Of a DNA stretch of 64,000 nt, positions 20,869-31,898 are shown one piece after another; the stretch's first letter is position 1; each line of letters opens with the position of its first letter. The position numbers were made by a program, and so were the translations under genes. The notes beneath the pieces were generated by a model. It searched no databases, was not told the origin of the DNA, and saw only the letters and a program-made list of their open reading frames with translations. The stretch is taken from IMG/VR virus record IMGVR_UViG_3300040801_004034, positions 157,293-221,292 of that record; one strand, 5' to 3'.

Positions 20869-21208
20869 ATTATATTTTTATTTTTGTTTCTTGTAGTTAA
20901 CAAAGTCTCTACGTAAAACATTTCCAGTTTTTTGAAAATTTCTGATGAACATTAAGTTGTAGTTTTTTAGACTCTTCTGTTTATCGTAATACCCGAATAC
21001 CTTTGCATTAAATTTTACAACATCACCTGAACGGAATTTAAAGCCAGCAGGTGCAGTGATCCAAACATGATCTGCAACATCAATATCTTTATGTATCACG
21101 TCTTTAATCAAAAGATAATGACCACCGATCTTGCGTGGATTAATTGTTTGTATAGTTGCAGTTACTTCGATCAATTGACCTTTGAACTGCTCCATTGCTT
21201 CTCTGAAT

Positions 21209-22306
21209 TTACTTTTCATCCAATACTGATTTGATTATTTTTTTGATTGTTTGGTTTGGTATTTCCATTCCTTTACGTTTCTTAAATGCAACATCTTTCC
21301 ATGGATTTCTGTACGTCATTTGCATTAAGAACGCAAAATCCTTATCCGAAAGATTTTTGTGCATTTGTGCATATTCATCGATTTTGTTGATTGAAACATC
21401 AACAGATTTTTTAACTTCATCTAGATTTTGAACAAGTTCCTCAACCATGCACCAGCATTCATAATCAAATGTGTTTTTGATATATTTTTTAAATGCTTTG
21501 AATGATGGAAAATCCTGATCAGCATAAAGATTAAGAATATTCTTTTCAGTTGCATTTGATTTAAACGAATGTAACTTGAGATACTCTGCTGATTTTACTT
21601 TCCATAAATCATTACCTTGGTATATGACACAACCTTCAATACCAGATGCTTTTTCGATCGTAGATAGAAGTTCGCTCAGGTCATTGAACTCATATTTCTT
21701 CGGACGTGGCACAAGCATCTCCATTGCAAATGAATCAAGCATTACCTGAGATTCTAGCTCGTATGTATTCTTGTTAATTGCTCCGATCAGATACAAATCG
21801 ATTTCGGGGTAGTCCAAAACAATCCGCTGATTAGGTGTTACAATTTCGAAAAGTAATGATAAATGAGTATGGTTCTGCATCCAAGGACGGATGTTATAGT
21901 ACTTGTCAAGAGCAACATCGAAATCAGCGCTATTGTCTAAAGTAACGTAGCTTTCAGTACCTCTGGTACGAACGTTGAACATGTTCTCACATGCATCGAC
22001 AATCATTAACGAGCCATCCTCTTTAGATACAATTCTCGAATCTAACAGATCAGTTGGAGGCGGAAAGTTACCAGGGTTTTCACCAAAATTAACGAACTTA
22101 GGAAAGCCGCAGCTTAAGGGCTGAAAATCTGACTTACGGTAAATAAGTGAGCGTAAAAATTTATTTTCCTGCGTCCATTCGACACTAGGCAGACCTGGAG
22201 TAATTAAACATGCCTCATCGCCAAAGAATGTAATATCTCTTTGTATAAATTCCTCGATTGGTACACTTTTGAGTGCAGCCTCTACGCGTTTTTGTGCTAA
22301 GTTCAT
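21209..22306 (-). CDS. RNA ligase, T4 Rnl1-like
   Basis: FPKFVNFGE, KEDGSL, FEIVTPNQRIVLDY, EGCVI, KVKSAEY. Confidence 0.85.
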   Translation of the reverse strand: MNLAQKRVEAALKSVPIEEFIQRDITFFGDEACLITPGLPSVEWTQENKFLRSLIYRKSDFQPLSCGFPKFVNFGENPGNFPPPTDLLDSRIVSKEDGSLMIVDACENMFNVRTRGTESYVTLDNSADFDVALDKYYNIRPWMQNHTHLSLLFEIVTPNQRIVLDYPEIDLYLIGAINKNTYELESQVMLDSFAMEMLVPRPKKYEFNDLSELLSTIEKASGIEGCVIYQGNDLWKVKSAEYLKLHSFKSNATEKNILNLYADQDFPSFKAFKKYIKNTFDYECWCMVEELVQNLDEVKKSVDVSINKIDEYAQMHKNLSDKDFAFLMQMTYRNPWKDVAFKKRKGMEIPNQTIKKIIKSVLDEK

Positions 22307-23163
22307 ACTAACTCCAAGCTATAATTTGCTCCCCGTTTATTGAATTTGAACACCCCTTTAACAACCCCGTTAACCATATGCGGTACAACCTTTTCAAACT
22401 CTGCTAATCTGAATGTGTATACAGTTCCACGAACACCAACATGTTTAAATTTGAAGTTACATGCTGATCGACCTCGATTTGCTCCCACAAATTCAAGCTC
22501 AGCTGGAAAGGGTCCAGGAATCTCAAGCATTTCATACCCGCCATAACTTTCATAGGTTAAGTATTCGTTTTTTTCTTTGTTGTATGGTACTTTCATATTA
22601 TTTTTTTCTAATTGGAATTAATGGTACTGGTGATGCTTTACAATCACATGAGAAATCTTTTGTTTTGTCAAATTCTTTTTTACAAACCGTACATTGCCAA
22701 ATGTTCCAATGTATTTTGCGTTCGTATTTTTCTTCTAATAATGCCTCTGATGGCCACTTTGGTGGATCAACTTGACTTTTTGGTGGAATATAACTACCTG
22801 TTCGAACAGGTTCATTATGACAATCGCATGGACATTTATGATTTTTACGAATCTTTACAAATATCCACAAAGCTATCGGCAATAAAGCAACAGCAATTGG
22901 ACTACAACTTGAACATGCTAAAACGATCATACTTCTTTAAATTCAATTTCAAATGTTGCAAGGCTATATTTTTCACCCGGTAAATTGCGACGAATGTTTA
23001 CTAAATCATATTCAGCTTCCTCTTTATCTGATTTGAGATGTTTAAGCGGAACGGTTGGTGAAAAATATCCTCCCATTCGATGCGAGCAATAGTAAAACCC
23101 ATCACAATCACGTTTGATGCAATACTGTTTAATAATCATACAGCAATAATAATGATGTTCCTT

Positions 23164-23973
23164 TTATTGGAATTGTGTGTCGTGACTTAAAAAATGTTGT
23201 GTAATAACACCATTTTGTATAATTGCATAGCTCATTTGCATACAGTCAATACAGTAGTTTTTTAAACCAATCCCATTTTTCTTTTCTCGTTTGATTTTAC
23301 TGTTAATTGTAGTATGACCAACAACTTGTCTTACTTCATCAAGGGGCACGAATTCATAATTCCAATCAAGCCAAACAGGGCTCCCAACATCGCTCAGACC
23401 CATCCGACATGCACCGACATCCCATATCCAATGACCAGCTTCAAACATAAAATGATGTTTTGTTTTATCCCAGTCATCACTCAAACGTTGGATATTATCC
23501 AGTTCGCTCATGAATGGTTTAAAATGTGATGTGTGAAATCCTGCATGTGAAACAACAATATCATCACCGATTTGTGTACAAAGCTTTAGCGATTCAACCC
23601 ATTTTGGATCGATATCCTTATTAAAAGTTTTTGCTTTACTTTTTGACCAACCAGAGCAAAAATAGTCTGAATTTGATTTAGTGTTGATATAGTTTTTATT
23701 ATATGATGCTAAGTATGCAACATCATGATTACCAACATGCCAAATAGCGCGATCACCAAATTCTTCAAACCGTTCTCTGATCCATTCACATGTTGCACCA
23801 ACACCATATATAATTGCTCCGTCTGGTGTTCTGAATGTATCGAAATAGTCACCGTTAAAGATTACAATCTCCCAATCACGTTCAGCTTCTAATACGAGGT
23901 CAGCAAAGCCACCAATGTTTTGGTGTATGTCCGGAATTACTAGTACTTTTGTTTCTTTTGATATTTTTCTCAT
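23164..23973 (-). CDS. calcineurin-like metallophosphoesterase
   Basis: PDIHQ, GDYFD, GNHD, SHAG, QVVGHT. Confidence 0.88.
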   Translation of the reverse strand: MRKISKETKVLVIPDIHQNIGGFADLVLEAERDWEIVIFNGDYFDTFRTPDGAIIYGVGATCEWIRERFEEFGDRAIWHVGNHDVAYLASYNKNYINTKSNSDYFCSGWSKSKAKTFNKDIDPKWVESLKLCTQIGDDIVVSHAGFHTSHFKPFMSELDNIQRLSDDWDKTKHHFMFEAGHWIWDVGACRMGLSDVGSPVWLDWNYEFVPLDEVRQVVGHTTINSKIKREKKNGIGLKNYCIDCMQMSYAIIQNGVITQHFLSHDTQFQ

Positions 23974-24330
23974 TTTCTTTTAATCTCTCAATAAGTTGTT
24001 CGTCAATTTCTGCAGTTATTGTTCTCTGCATATCTTCTCGTGCTTCATCATCATTAAAGACAATACGCAACACTTCAAGACTATTATCTTCCATTCACTT
24101 ATTATACATTAACAACCACTAATTTCCAGTAATTTTAATACTATGAAAGCTGTTCATTGATCTAGTAAACCCCTTTTCATCCCGTGCAAGAAACGCAGCA
24201 GTAGGGGCATGCCATTCAACAACACCTACAAAGATTGGATTCTTATAATCGTTACGCACTTCGCAGGTAATTTTATCACCTGCGCATACTTCTTGACCAT
24301 TATCAGCAAATATTCCAGTTTGTTTATATT

Positions 24331-24702
24331 TCATGATTGGTGCTGAAAGCTATGCAGGTAACATTCTATATTCCTTTTACCTACTGGGTTCATACTATGA
24401 CACATCCAATCTGATGTTAAATCAATATTTTTGTTCATGCAGAATTTTACTAACCACTTTGCACAATCATAACCTGTCTTCTCGAGATCTCCATTCGCAT
24501 TATCACCTGCAGCATAATGAACATCAGCTAGATCATGATCGAATGAGATAAAGTCTGGAAGTTCATTATATAAAATGAAGTGATCACTGATAGTTTTTAC
24601 AAACTCATCATAATTACGGACAATTGTCCATGTACCAACATCTGGCAATTTCACATGGGTTGTGAATTGCGGGCTTCGTATATCATCTAAAAATAAGTTC
24701 AT
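24331..24702 (-). CDS. cyclic-phosphate-processing receiver-domain protein
   Basis: LFLDDIR...ISFDHDL...TGYDCAKWL...HSMNPVG. Confidence 0.8.
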   Translation of the reverse strand: MNLFLDDIRSPQFTTHVKLPDVGTWTIVRNYDEFVKTISDHFILYNELPDFISFDHDLADVHYAAGDNANGDLEKTGYDCAKWLVKFCMNKNIDLTSDWMCHSMNPVGKRNIECYLHSFQHQS

Positions 24703-25398
24703 TGCATAACCTCAATTATATAACATGAGTTCATAGTATTCAACACAGTTTCTGTTTTATTATCTTGTGGTACAATCTTTGTAACTGGAGACGATGTAAA
24801 CAGACCAAGCGATTCAACACCATTGCGTTCTTCCCGTAGCACCCAAATAGATTTACCAACTTCAACATCCATTAATAATATACCTTTGATGGAATATTCA
24901 ACCGGTACACCATTAAATCTAGCTCCATCAACTTCTGATAAAGTGTCATTTTCGGTGTAATTTTCATCACTGATATGTTTCTTTTTATAAAGTTTAACTG
25001 TTTGTAATTTTTTCATATTTTTCTAAGTTCGTTGTTAAAACACTCCCATGCTACTGCTGAATTGATCGCAGCTCTGAGTGTAGGTCTCTTTTCCCCTTCA
25101 CCAACCGAAACACCAAACATATCACGTTGTTCAGAACCTGCTTCCTCCAAAAAATCCAAGCGTTGTGTATCATTCAACGAATATCGAGCATAGTGCTCAT
25201 CACGTAAAATAGTCGCTCGTTCTTTTGTTTCAAATGGTCCGATAACTTTGTAATTATGCGTCGGGTCCATGTAATAGAAACCAACTGTGGTGAAACCTGC
25301 ACTTATTTCAAGATCAGTGGGATCATCACAGTTTATCAATTCAAGTATTTCACTATAATTGCTGTTTATACTTCTTGTTCTATGTTGGTTAACTTCCA

Positions 25399-25899
25399 TT
25401 ACTTTGTTATTATTTCGTATTCTGTTAAGTCTGTAAACCCCATCCTACCGTAACAACGTTTAGTATATGCTTTACCACCATCCACAGATGTCTCACCACA
25501 GACACATGTTACAAAATCATGTTGATGTTTTGATTCGATTATTGTATGACATACATTACATTCAACTTTGTTATGTAAGATCTCTTTTCGGGTTGTTTCA
25601 CAATAAAGAACAATTTTGTTAATATCATCTTTTTTGACAGCTTTACGGATTTGTACACAGGTTTTATGAATAGATTTTGCTTCTTGAAATTGTTTCTTTG
25701 TAAGAAGCTTCTTTTCCGGTGCAAGAGTAGCATACTCAATAAGTGATATATGGTTGATATAGTTTATAGTATCTTCGGTAACACCATATCTGAGACTCAA
25801 ACTAAGCTGTTTAAACAAAAATATAGCATCATCAACAACTTTTGATATTGTCTCTACATATTGCTTGTCATAAAGCTGTTTAATTGAATTGCTCATCAC
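25399..25899 (-). CDS. protein with C-terminal Cys/His zinc-finger
   Basis: CNVCHTIIESKHQHDFVTCVCG..VDGG. Confidence 0.6.
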   Translation of the reverse strand: MMSNSIKQLYDKQYVETISKVVDDAIFLFKQLSLSLRYGVTEDTINYINHISLIEYATLAPEKKLLTKKQFQEAKSIHKTCVQIRKAVKKDDINKIVLYCETTRKEILHNKVECNVCHTIIESKHQHDFVTCVCGETSVDGGKAYTKRCYGRMGFTDLTEYEIITK

Positions 25900-26314
25900 T
25901 TAATTATAAACGTGTGCCTGGTCTCGACAAACTGTATGATTTTGTAATATTCATTCAAATCTTTATTCGGGTTGAGATGAATGCTCCTACCTATACCAGT
26001 TTTTAATGCACCCATCGCCATGCCTGGTGATTTATATGTAACTCTACCTTTGTATGACTGTATTAGCTCATCATTAGCTAAATTAACAATTGCATATCTA
26101 GTCTTCATGATTGAAATCAAATGATTTGTTCATCCCTGCTACATAACCATGAATGTAATCATCATTGATACCTAGAGCTTGAAAGTATGTTGCCTCAATA
26201 CCAACCTCTTGGAGTAGAAGTTGTTTACTCCTCACTTCTGAATGTATACAGAGCCATAGTGCTGACCCTAAAAATGCAATTACTGCAATTATAACTTTTG
26301 TTTCTGTATTCATA

Positions 26315-26734
26315 TTATTTTCCGTTTGTTAATTCATCAACGACATTACGTAATTTACTACGTTTTACAATGCGAGCCATGTTTAAATAGTGATCTTCCG
26401 GGCTTGGTTGCCAATTATTATACCATACATCTGGTAAACTACAAGCAGATCCTAAGATTTTTTCATATTGCTCATGATTAAGATTGTAGTTTCTGTGTAT
26501 GAGTTCATGATAAATTGTAAAATACCGTCTTGATAACCACTGTAACTTATTGTAAAAGAATTTGTTATGGCCTGTATTAAGACAATACTGCTCAGGTATG
26601 TCAACATCTTCTACTGTTTTACCTTTTTCGATAAGCTTTCTTACCGCGGTAAAGATGCGAGGCAGTTCTTTATATTCTGCCATCAAATGTTTATTTGTAA
26701 GATACCCGGGTGATATTGTATTAATCCTCGTCAT
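26315..26734 (-). CDS. denV: pyrimidine dimer DNA glycosylase (T4 endonuclease V)
   Basis: MTRIN...HLMAEYKELPRIF...GHNKFFYNKL. Confidence 0.92.
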   Translation of the reverse strand: MTRINTISPGYLTNKHLMAEYKELPRIFTAVRKLIEKGKTVEDVDIPEQYCLNTGHNKFFYNKLQWLSRRYFTIYHELIHRNYNLNHEQYEKILGSACSLPDVWYNNWQPSPEDHYLNMARIVKRSKLRNVVDELTNGK

Positions 26735-26953
26735 CTAATTTAAGCATATCTTCAGGTTTAAATGGCCAGCATGGACCATGCTGCGGGTATTGTTTTTCAT
26801 TTTCGCGCGCACAGTGCCAGCAAGGCTTCTCCCAATATCTATAAAAATCTAGTTCTCCTGAACCGAATGTCAACCCGGTCCAGTCTTCATCATTATGGAT
26901 ACCACTGCTTACTTTACAGTTGCCTGGATCAATACACTGTGTTTGCTCACCCA

Positions 26954-27217
26954 TTAAAAGAACATCATGCAGATGTTGAATAGAATAACCAGCGTACCTG
27001 CTGTAACAATAACTGCTACAAGAGCAACTGGCCATGGCATATTTGCATCTGGATTCTCTTGCATGATTTGCAACAGCTTATCGAATGAATGATCGGTCCA
27101 AACAGTAAGTGCTGGGATCAGTCCGAGAATAATTGTAAAAATTGATACGATGACCAATAATTCAATTAGTGTATAACCTTGGCAGGCTTTCAGTTACGCT
27201 TTATCCTTTAGTTTCAT
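26954..27217 (-). pseudogene. prepilin-type N-methylation motif membrane protein with in-frame TAA at 27194-27196
   Basis: MKLKDKA*LKACQGYTLIELLVIVSIF...; ATG 27217 overlaps the upstream stop. Confidence 0.55.
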
Positions 27218-28152
27218 ATTGTTTTATGTTTTTGTAGAGCATTTTTAATTTGCTCTTGTTCTTGTTTGAGTTTCTCTTGACGAGCTTTCAGTCTTGAAAT
27301 TTCTTCTTGTTGTTCACGTTCTTTACGGCGTTCATTCAGATCTAACATTTCAGATCGTGGGTCTATACGTCGACGCTCTACTGTTTCATATTCGATGATA
27401 ACAAACTCGAGCTGTTGAAGGCGGCTTCTATTAAACGCATCAGCAGCTTTGACAGCACCCGTGAGTGATTTCCATTGTTTACCGCGGTTATTGATACCAT
27501 AATCGCCGAGAAATTTTTCAGTTTTTATATCTTGAACTTTATAAATCATAACAGTATTGTATCAATGTTCCTGTTTTAGAATTATACTACCTTTACCCAA
27601 ATCTTTAAACGCCCAATCATATGGTACCGTAACTGTAAATTCTGTTACAACTTTCGGTATATCCTTACCAGAGAACATTTTATCATATAAATGCTTACGA
27701 GTAAACATTCGTTTCGTTTTAATGTTCAACAGGTTAACCCCTTTAGGTGTAGATCGAATACACAAAAATACACTATCTGGTCTACCATATAGGCAGTATA
27801 AGTGTCCGATCTTCAATTTTATGTATTTAATCCGTATCATTTTTATCTATATCTTTAGCAATAGCTTCAACAATAAAATCATACACAAATTTTGTCGCTT
27901 CTTGTTGTTCTTTATAGAATAGTAATCTTGTTATAATAACTGAAATCAGCAATGTAAAAAATGTAAATACAAAGGCAATGCAAAAAATAGTGAAACTACT
28001 GAGAACCTCTATAACAGAATAACCATATGTAATACCCAAAAAAAGTTGAAATATATATACAGGCCATATTACAAGATCAGGATTCGTTTCAATCCACTCA
28101 CCACAGAACGTATAAAATGTTCTGTCATTAATTTCTATTCTCGTACGTGCCA

Positions 28153-28386
28153 TTACTTACGAAATCTATCTAGATATTCATCAAATGTTTGATCATGCGC
28201 ATGGTTATAAACATAATCAAAAAGAAATTCATTTGCATCTTCTGCATTAGTGAACTGTTCATCGAATCCATCCTCAGATAGTTGCGCATATAATTTATCG
28301 AAATATTCAGTCCGAACCTTTTCAAGTTCACCAATGAATGTTTTTACTCAATAGATTTCGTCTTCCCATTTACCTTTAATTTCCAT
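28153..28386 (-). pseudogene. small acidic protein with in-frame TGA at 28348-28350
   Basis: MEIKGKWEDEIY*VKTFIGELEKVRTEYF...DRFRK; fills the intergenic gap exactly. Confidence 0.55.
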
Positions 28387-28545
28387 ACTATTATTCTGTT
28401 TCTTGTTCATCATAAAATGTTTCTAAGATTTTCACGCTTGAAGCTGAGAAGTTGAGTTGTTCATAGATAAACTCTTCACAAGCTTCAACCATCTCAGCTT
28501 CTGTTTCATAACCATCCATGCAAAGTTCTATTAAAAATTTAGGCA

Positions 28546-29607
28546 TTATACGTCGTCATATTCAGGGTTAACTTTCATATCTTGTTTGTACTCATCAAAT
28601 ACATCAAGAACATCTTCATGCAAACGTTCAACTGTATGATAATTAACAAATTCGAAATAACTTTTGTTATCGATAAATTCGTCCTTGTAATATTGGATGA
28701 AATTACCTAGCTCTTTACCTTCCAAGCCAGTGATTTTCGAAATATCCCCACCGCTGAACTTCTTATTGGCGCGATCTCTTACATAAACATAGTTATATGC
28801 ATCATCGACTTGCTTATAGAATGTATCAGGCTCCTTATTCAACTTACGTTCAGCATGTCGAATTGGGTCCCAAACAGGACTAGTTGCAGTATATTTCTTC
28901 TTATTGTTGATGAAATCTGCTAAGAATCTTTTAAACATAGGACGGTGTGTATCACGCTTGCGACTCTTTCGATTTTCACTATCAGCTTCAGTCACACCTT
29001 GCCAGATGTAATCGCTACTAAGTAGAAAATCCATTACTACCTCTTCAGGAAGTTCGATATTCGAAAACAGACCTTTAAGTTCATCGCTATTATAACCAAG
29101 CACAGTGAGTGCTTCAGTAAAGTCGTTTGTCAAAAGCAACTTATTACCTTCAGGTAGCTTATACCACAGACCATCATGACCAAACATGTAACCGAGACTA
29201 CGTGCAACCCGACCTAGGATCATACCAAAGTCACCAAAGCTTAGATAATTGCAATAGAACTCTTTCGTATCAGTTGTTGCGAAGATCAGATCGATTTGAA
29301 GCAAGTTATCCCAAAGCATGCTATAAACATTATGATTTGAGATGATAACACCAGCTTTCGGTTCATTGACTGAGATGTTTTTAAGCGTAGTCATCATATT
29401 GGTAACACGCTCATATTCACTACCACTTGCTGGTGGTACACAAACGATATCGATATCACCGAAGTCTTCTTTACCAGCAATATCTGCAGGAATTGTATAG
29501 TCGATATCATACTTTGCAAGCATTTCACCCACTTCTTTACAAGCAGCACGATAGTATTCTGGTGATACCCTTACTGCTCCGAATTCTTTTAATGCGTTTC
29601 CACCCAT
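28546..29607 (-). CDS. Pol-beta superfamily nucleotidyltransferase
   Basis: MGGNAL...KEDFGDIDI...QIDLI; FGHDGL. Confidence 0.7.
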   Translation of the reverse strand: MGGNALKEFGAVRVSPEYYRAACKEVGEMLAKYDIDYTIPADIAGKEDFGDIDIVCVPPASGSEYERVTNMMTTLKNISVNEPKAGVIISNHNVYSMLWDNLLQIDLIFATTDTKEFYCNYLSFGDFGMILGRVARSLGYMFGHDGLWYKLPEGNKLLLTNDFTEALTVLGYNSDELKGLFSNIELPEEVVMDFLLSSDYIWQGVTEADSENRKSRKRDTHRPMFKRFLADFINNKKKYTATSPVWDPIRHAERKLNKEPDTFYKQVDDAYNYVYVRDRANKKFSGGDISKITGLEGKELGNFIQYYKDEFIDNKSYFEFVNYHTVERLHEDVLDVFDEYKQDMKVNPEYDDV

Positions 29608-30452
29608 GATGTTTTATTTTAGTTTTTCGTAATAATTGAGAGATATGATCTCCCGACCATAACCTTCCTTTTCTAGAAGGTCATTATAATACTGTTCCTG
29701 CTCTTCAAGCTCAGCCAAGCTGTCTGATGTGATAACTAAACGACCGGTTGATGTTGTTTGTTTAAACACTTCATATTGTCGTTCTTCATACGGTCTTGAC
29801 CATTCAATACTAAGAATGTATTGCTTATTCTTGTATCTAGGTCCTGGCGGATAGTGTCGTTCCTGCTTCATCTGTATATTTGTTGGTGTATACATGTGCA
29901 ACGAATGATCCCTCATTAACGAGAACCGTCTTAAGGTATTCTGTTACCATTGTTTTACCACCATCATCTGTAGACGATTTAGGTGGAACGGCATCGCCAG
30001 TCATTACAACATGGTAGATATCCATACGGGTTTCCTTTTCGTCATCATCAACTTCATACCATACACAGATGTCAGCATACTGTGCATCAATATGCATAAA
30101 CTTTGATCCAACAGGTACTTCAAGTTCAGCGATTAAACTTACAGGGAGTGAGTATTTATATATTCGTTTCATAATTCTATTATAGTATCAGTCTGATGTC
30201 CAATCAACTGTATCATCCAAAGGGTCAAACATTAGCACCCAACCTAAAAAGTCTTCTTCAATTCGTCGTGGTGAACCATAGCTAACCCAATGCTTGGGAC
30301 CGCAGTAATTTTCAACGTAATAACCTGGTTCGAGATCACCTCGTTTGTATTTAGTCCACTTAACTGTTACAGCACAAGCAGTTAGAGATTCTTTATGAAC
30401 TGCAAGATATATACCTTCTCTTAGTAATGGATTAGTTGTTAGTTTCATAATT

Positions 30453-31307
30453 TTAGTCTGTTATAAATGTTGGAGAGAACTCTTTATATTCTCTGAGTGC
30501 AATTTCACTTACACCTTCTACAATCTTCTTCTTGTCGCATGCATAGAGACCAGAGCAGCTAAATGCACCGACTTCTAAAACATATGGTTTCATACCAGCA
30601 TCAAGACATACATCAAGAATCCATACTGAACACGGATTGTAATCAGTTGTATCAGCCAGCACACGATCAACGAATGCATTCAAATGCCCTGGAGCTTCTT
30701 TTCTATTTGGTTTACCATCCCATGAGTATTGACTACTTGCAATAATCTTGCGATCACCAATAACATAACGATACTCACCAAGAATAACTTTCGGTGTTGA
30801 TGCAACAACTAGATCAGTAGGTTGGCCACCATAACCAATTACAGCATGCCAATCCTTATGAAAGTGTTTGCGTTCAAACAACTGACCGGTAAATGTTTTA
30901 CGACCAGAAGACGGACGAATAAAAATTGTTTCATATGAACCAAGCCAATCATACAAATCATCAAGACGCCTTTCAACTTCGCCAAGAGGTAACATGATGT
31001 ACTTATCATTGAACAAATAGTCTCCGAAAAACTGATAGTAATACTTACATGAAAATTGTTCAACATTATCCCAGATAGCAGGAAGCCAATCTGTATACTT
31101 GCAAATCCGTTCAGCGCTCTGAATAGATGTTTGGGCAACAACACAACTATCTTGTTCAAAGTAATCGGTATACTCATCGCATGGGTTCGCAAGATCGGCT
31201 TCTTTAACATCATAACCGAGATCACGAGCTGCTTGAATTAACTCTTTCGTTGAATCATCATTTGCGATGTCTTCAATAAACCACTTTACAGTATTCTGTT
31301 TTGTCAT
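30453..31307 (-). CDS. ATP-grasp protein (R2K/DUF4343-like)
   Basis: FIRPSSGRKTFTGQ, EYRYVI, ILDV, VLEVGAFSCSGLY. Confidence 0.75.
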   Translation of the reverse strand: MTKQNTVKWFIEDIANDDSTKELIQAARDLGYDVKEADLANPCDEYTDYFEQDSCVVAQTSIQSAERICKYTDWLPAIWDNVEQFSCKYYYQFFGDYLFNDKYIMLPLGEVERRLDDLYDWLGSYETIFIRPSSGRKTFTGQLFERKHFHKDWHAVIGYGGQPTDLVVASTPKVILGEYRYVIGDRKIIASSQYSWDGKPNRKEAPGHLNAFVDRVLADTTDYNPCSVWILDVCLDAGMKPYVLEVGAFSCSGLYACDKKKIVEGVSEIALREYKEFSPTFITD

Positions 31308-31442
31308 TTTGCTTATTACAATTATGTTTATCTGCTTGTTGAGCAAACATACTTGGACCTGTTGATGCTATTCTATAACCGCAATATTTACAGGTATGAA
31401 TATTCAATGTACCGTTTAACGATTTAAATTTGAAATCATCTC

Positions 31443-31898
31443 TCATGATGTAACAAAATCGATCAACTTTTCCTTTACAATTGCACTGATCTTTCCAGCA
31501 TCGATACTTGCGCCAAACTCACCTTTAATAGCACCGATAACTTTACCCATATCCCTGATCGATGTTGCACCTGTAATACTAATTGTCTTATCAGCAATCA
31601 TTTCATAGTCGCTTTCATCAACCATTTCAGGTAGCAGTTCTTTACAAAGTTCAGCTTTCACTGTCATGTCAGAAGCAACTGTTGGTTGGGTTTTGCTATC
31701 TGCAAATGTAACAGCAGATTCCAAATATGCCTTTTCCTCCTTCTTAATGAGAGCATAAATCTGTTCATCATTAAGATCTTTGTTAAGACGCGCTTCGCTT
31801 TCTTGAATAGCGCTTAAAATGCCTTGATATACAGTAAGCTTTTTATAGTCGCGGTCTCTACGAGCGCTTGTGATCTTATCCTGAATTTTAGTTTTCAT
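31443..31898 (-). CDS. GatB/YqeY-domain protein
   Basis: LNDEQIYALIKKE...ELLPEM...GATSIRDMGKVIG...DAGKISAIVK. Confidence 0.85.
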   Translation of the reverse strand: MKTKIQDKITSARRDRDYKKLTVYQGILSAIQESEARLNKDLNDEQIYALIKKEEKAYLESAVTFADSKTQPTVASDMTVKAELCKELLPEMVDESDYEMIADKTISITGATSIRDMGKVIGAIKGEFGASIDAGKISAIVKEKLIDFVTS

